DNA of 54,948 nt, the filler included, from Barthelona sp. PAP020 (taxonomy: Eukaryota), in the NCBI GenBank assembly GCA_040182905.1. It is 2 parts of 2 records of this genome, joined end to end, with 100 filler letters (N's around TTAATTAATTAA, not from the genome) between each part and the next. Parts side by side here need not be neighbours in the genome. Positions count along the whole stretch, not along the records: positions 26,828 to 54,948 come from JARQWU010000018.1; 1 more part is not named here. One strand, 5' to 3'. This document shows positions 53,381 to 54,948 of the stretch, piece by piece (the first letter of the stretch is position 1; the number at the start of each line of letters is the position of its first letter). The translations under genes and the position numbers were made by a program. Below the pieces are notes generated by a model. It saw only the letters and a program-made list of their open reading frames with translations. It was not told where the DNA came from and did not search any database.

Positions 53381-54547
53381 CTAAACGCAAGCCTTTAAAA
53401 TATCCAAAATTTCGGCTTCTGAGAAATGACGAAGACCACGTTTAAAAGTGTGGTTTGCGACTTTAGCTAAATATTCTTCAGTGGGTGTTTCACCAATCAA
53501 TTCAGTAATGGTAATAGGATGTCCCCAATCAACGACTTGTTTCTTCCAAATTTCCACAGCTTCTTCAATAGAATCAGCATGGAAAGCAGTATGAGCAAGT
53601 CTATTTAACAATTCAGCAAATTCATCGCTCTTTTCTTTCAATCTTAAAAAGATTTCTCCAGTCAAAACACCTAAACAAGCACCATGGCTCAATCTGCTCT
53701 TATCCCAACAAGCAGCAAGCATGTGAGCAATCATATGAGTAGCCCAATCTCCATTGTCAGTACCAACAGCAAAAATATTGTTCAAAGCAAGATTGGCAGC
53801 AAAACTCAAATCACCTCTAGCAAGAACAGTATCTTCAACTTGAATTCTATTAGTGGCATCAGCAACAGCTTGAATAACACCTTCAATGGCATATGCAGGA
53901 GTTCTGCAACCACTTCTAACAATACCAAGATATTGTTCAAAGAGATGGGAGCAAGCATCAATGGCACCATTAACTGTCTGATACCAAGGAAGACTCATTT
54001 GGTGCTTAGGATCAATACAAGAAGCTTTAGGAAGCAATAAAGGATGTAAGTATCCATACTTTTGATTTTCGTCAGAACTAGAGACAACTGATCCAAAATT
54101 GGACTCAGATCCAGTAGCGGAGAGTGTTAATACACAGTAAATAGGAATGGCATTTGTAATAGGTGTCATTGTTGAATAATAATGCCAAACATCTTCAGGA
54201 TTAGCACAACCAACACTGATTCCCTTTGCAGAATCAATGACTGAACCACCACCAACAGCTAAAATAACATCACAATTTTCTCTCTTGAAAATACTAATGC
54301 CTTCCCTGACAATTGCAAGCTCGGGATTGGGCTTTTGTCCACCAGCTTCAACAAAATCAATGTTGTGTTCTTTGAGAAGAGCAACTACTTCATCATAAAC
54401 ACCATTTCTTTTGATAGAACCACCACCAAAGTGTAATAAAGCCTTTTTAAAACCATCAGCTGCCATCTTACCGATCAAATCTGCAGTCTTACCTTCACCA
54501 ATGAAAAGTGTTGAAGGAAGTGAAAAAATACTGTTGTAACCACTCAT
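53381..54547 (-). CDS. Iron-containing alcohol dehydrogenase, BdhA/YqhD (butanol dehydrogenase) family
   Basis: GGGSIKRNGVYDEV, AVGGGSVIDSAK, VLTLSATGSESN, and metal ligands in DACSHLFEQY, DWATHMIAH and SHGACL. Confidence 0.95.
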   Translation of the reverse strand: MSGYNSIFSLPSTLFIGEGKTADLIGKMAADGFKKALLHFGGGSIKRNGVYDEVVALLKEHNIDFVEAGGQKPNPELAIVREGISIFKRENCDVILAVGGGSVIDSAKGISVGCANPEDVWHYYSTMTPITNAIPIYCVLTLSATGSESNFGSVVSSSDENQKYGYLHPLLLPKASCIDPKHQMSLPWYQTVNGAIDACSHLFEQYLGIVRSGCRTPAYAIEGVIQAVADATNRIQVEDTVLARGDLSFAANLALNNIFAVGTDNGDWATHMIAHMLAACWDKSRLSHGACLGVLTGEIFLRLKEKSDEFAELLNRLAHTAFHADSIEEAVEIWKKQVVDWGHPITITELIGETPTEEYLAKVANHTFKRGLRHFSEAEILDILKACV

Positions 54548-54948
54548 TTAGAGAATTCAATTATCGTAAAAAAATAATTATATGGTAAGAAGAAAAGAAC
54601 TCCATACTTGAAGAAATTCTTTGGCAAGAATTTTCTTATTGTCATTCCATGATTACTATCAAAAGAACTCATGTAGTAATTCAAAATGATATTTTGCTGT
54701 TTTATTAATGATTAAAGGACCCAAATTCACGCAACAAATGATGTAAAAATAAAGAATATCAACTTTTCAAAAGAAGATTTTTGTGGATACAAAAAGGAAG
54801 TAAATACAATTCCAACTGAACAAATATTAAAGCTTAGTTTGTATTAATTTTATTGTGAAGCGCAGCGGGCATTTCACAAGGAGGGAAAAAGAAAAGCGTG
54901 AAGAAATGCGCCAGAATTTGAATCAAGCAAAATTTCTCGTATTTCAGA

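Noticed and set aside
1..54948. Alternative genetic code, CRISPR arrays, tRNA/rRNA genes, and the many 60-170-aa overlapping ORFs
   Set aside because: Genes end at TAA, TAG and TGA with intact long ORFs. No repeat-spacer array or tRNA/rRNA signature was seen. The small ORFs overlap longer, motif-supported genes.

Overview
This is an AT-rich, gene-dense eukaryotic (protist-like) scaffold in the standard genetic code. Genes are mostly intronless, with two tiny GT-AG introns (34 and 46 nt). Recognisable housekeeping genes are NXF1/Mex67, TRAPPC10, a proteasome beta2 fragment, RBBP5/Swd1, eIF2B-gamma, a CHRAC1/POLE4-type histone-fold protein, V-ATPase subunit c, Nop14, an ACF1/Itc1-like WAC-DDT protein and Vid27. 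Bacterial-type enzymes (an Fe-alcohol dehydrogenase and a PLP-dependent beta-family enzyme) suggest an anaerobic lineage with laterally acquired genes (inference). The most notable items are: (i) a secreted, membrane-anchorless integrin-beta I-like (vWA) protein with a Cys/Met-rich and Pro-His-Tyr-Gln repeat tail; (ii) a three-member WD40 family with a conserved, unrecognised C-terminal domain; (iii) a ~90%-identical dispersed repeat that looks like a LINE 3' end; (iv) three or four intergenic blocks rich in nested hairpins (candidate ncRNAs or element ends); (v) two type II membrane glycosyltransferase-like genes. All three N-gaps cut genes, and one is an artificial TTAATTAATTAA stop linker, so synteny across the gaps is unverified. 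All calls come from reading motifs by eye; no searches or folding programs were run.
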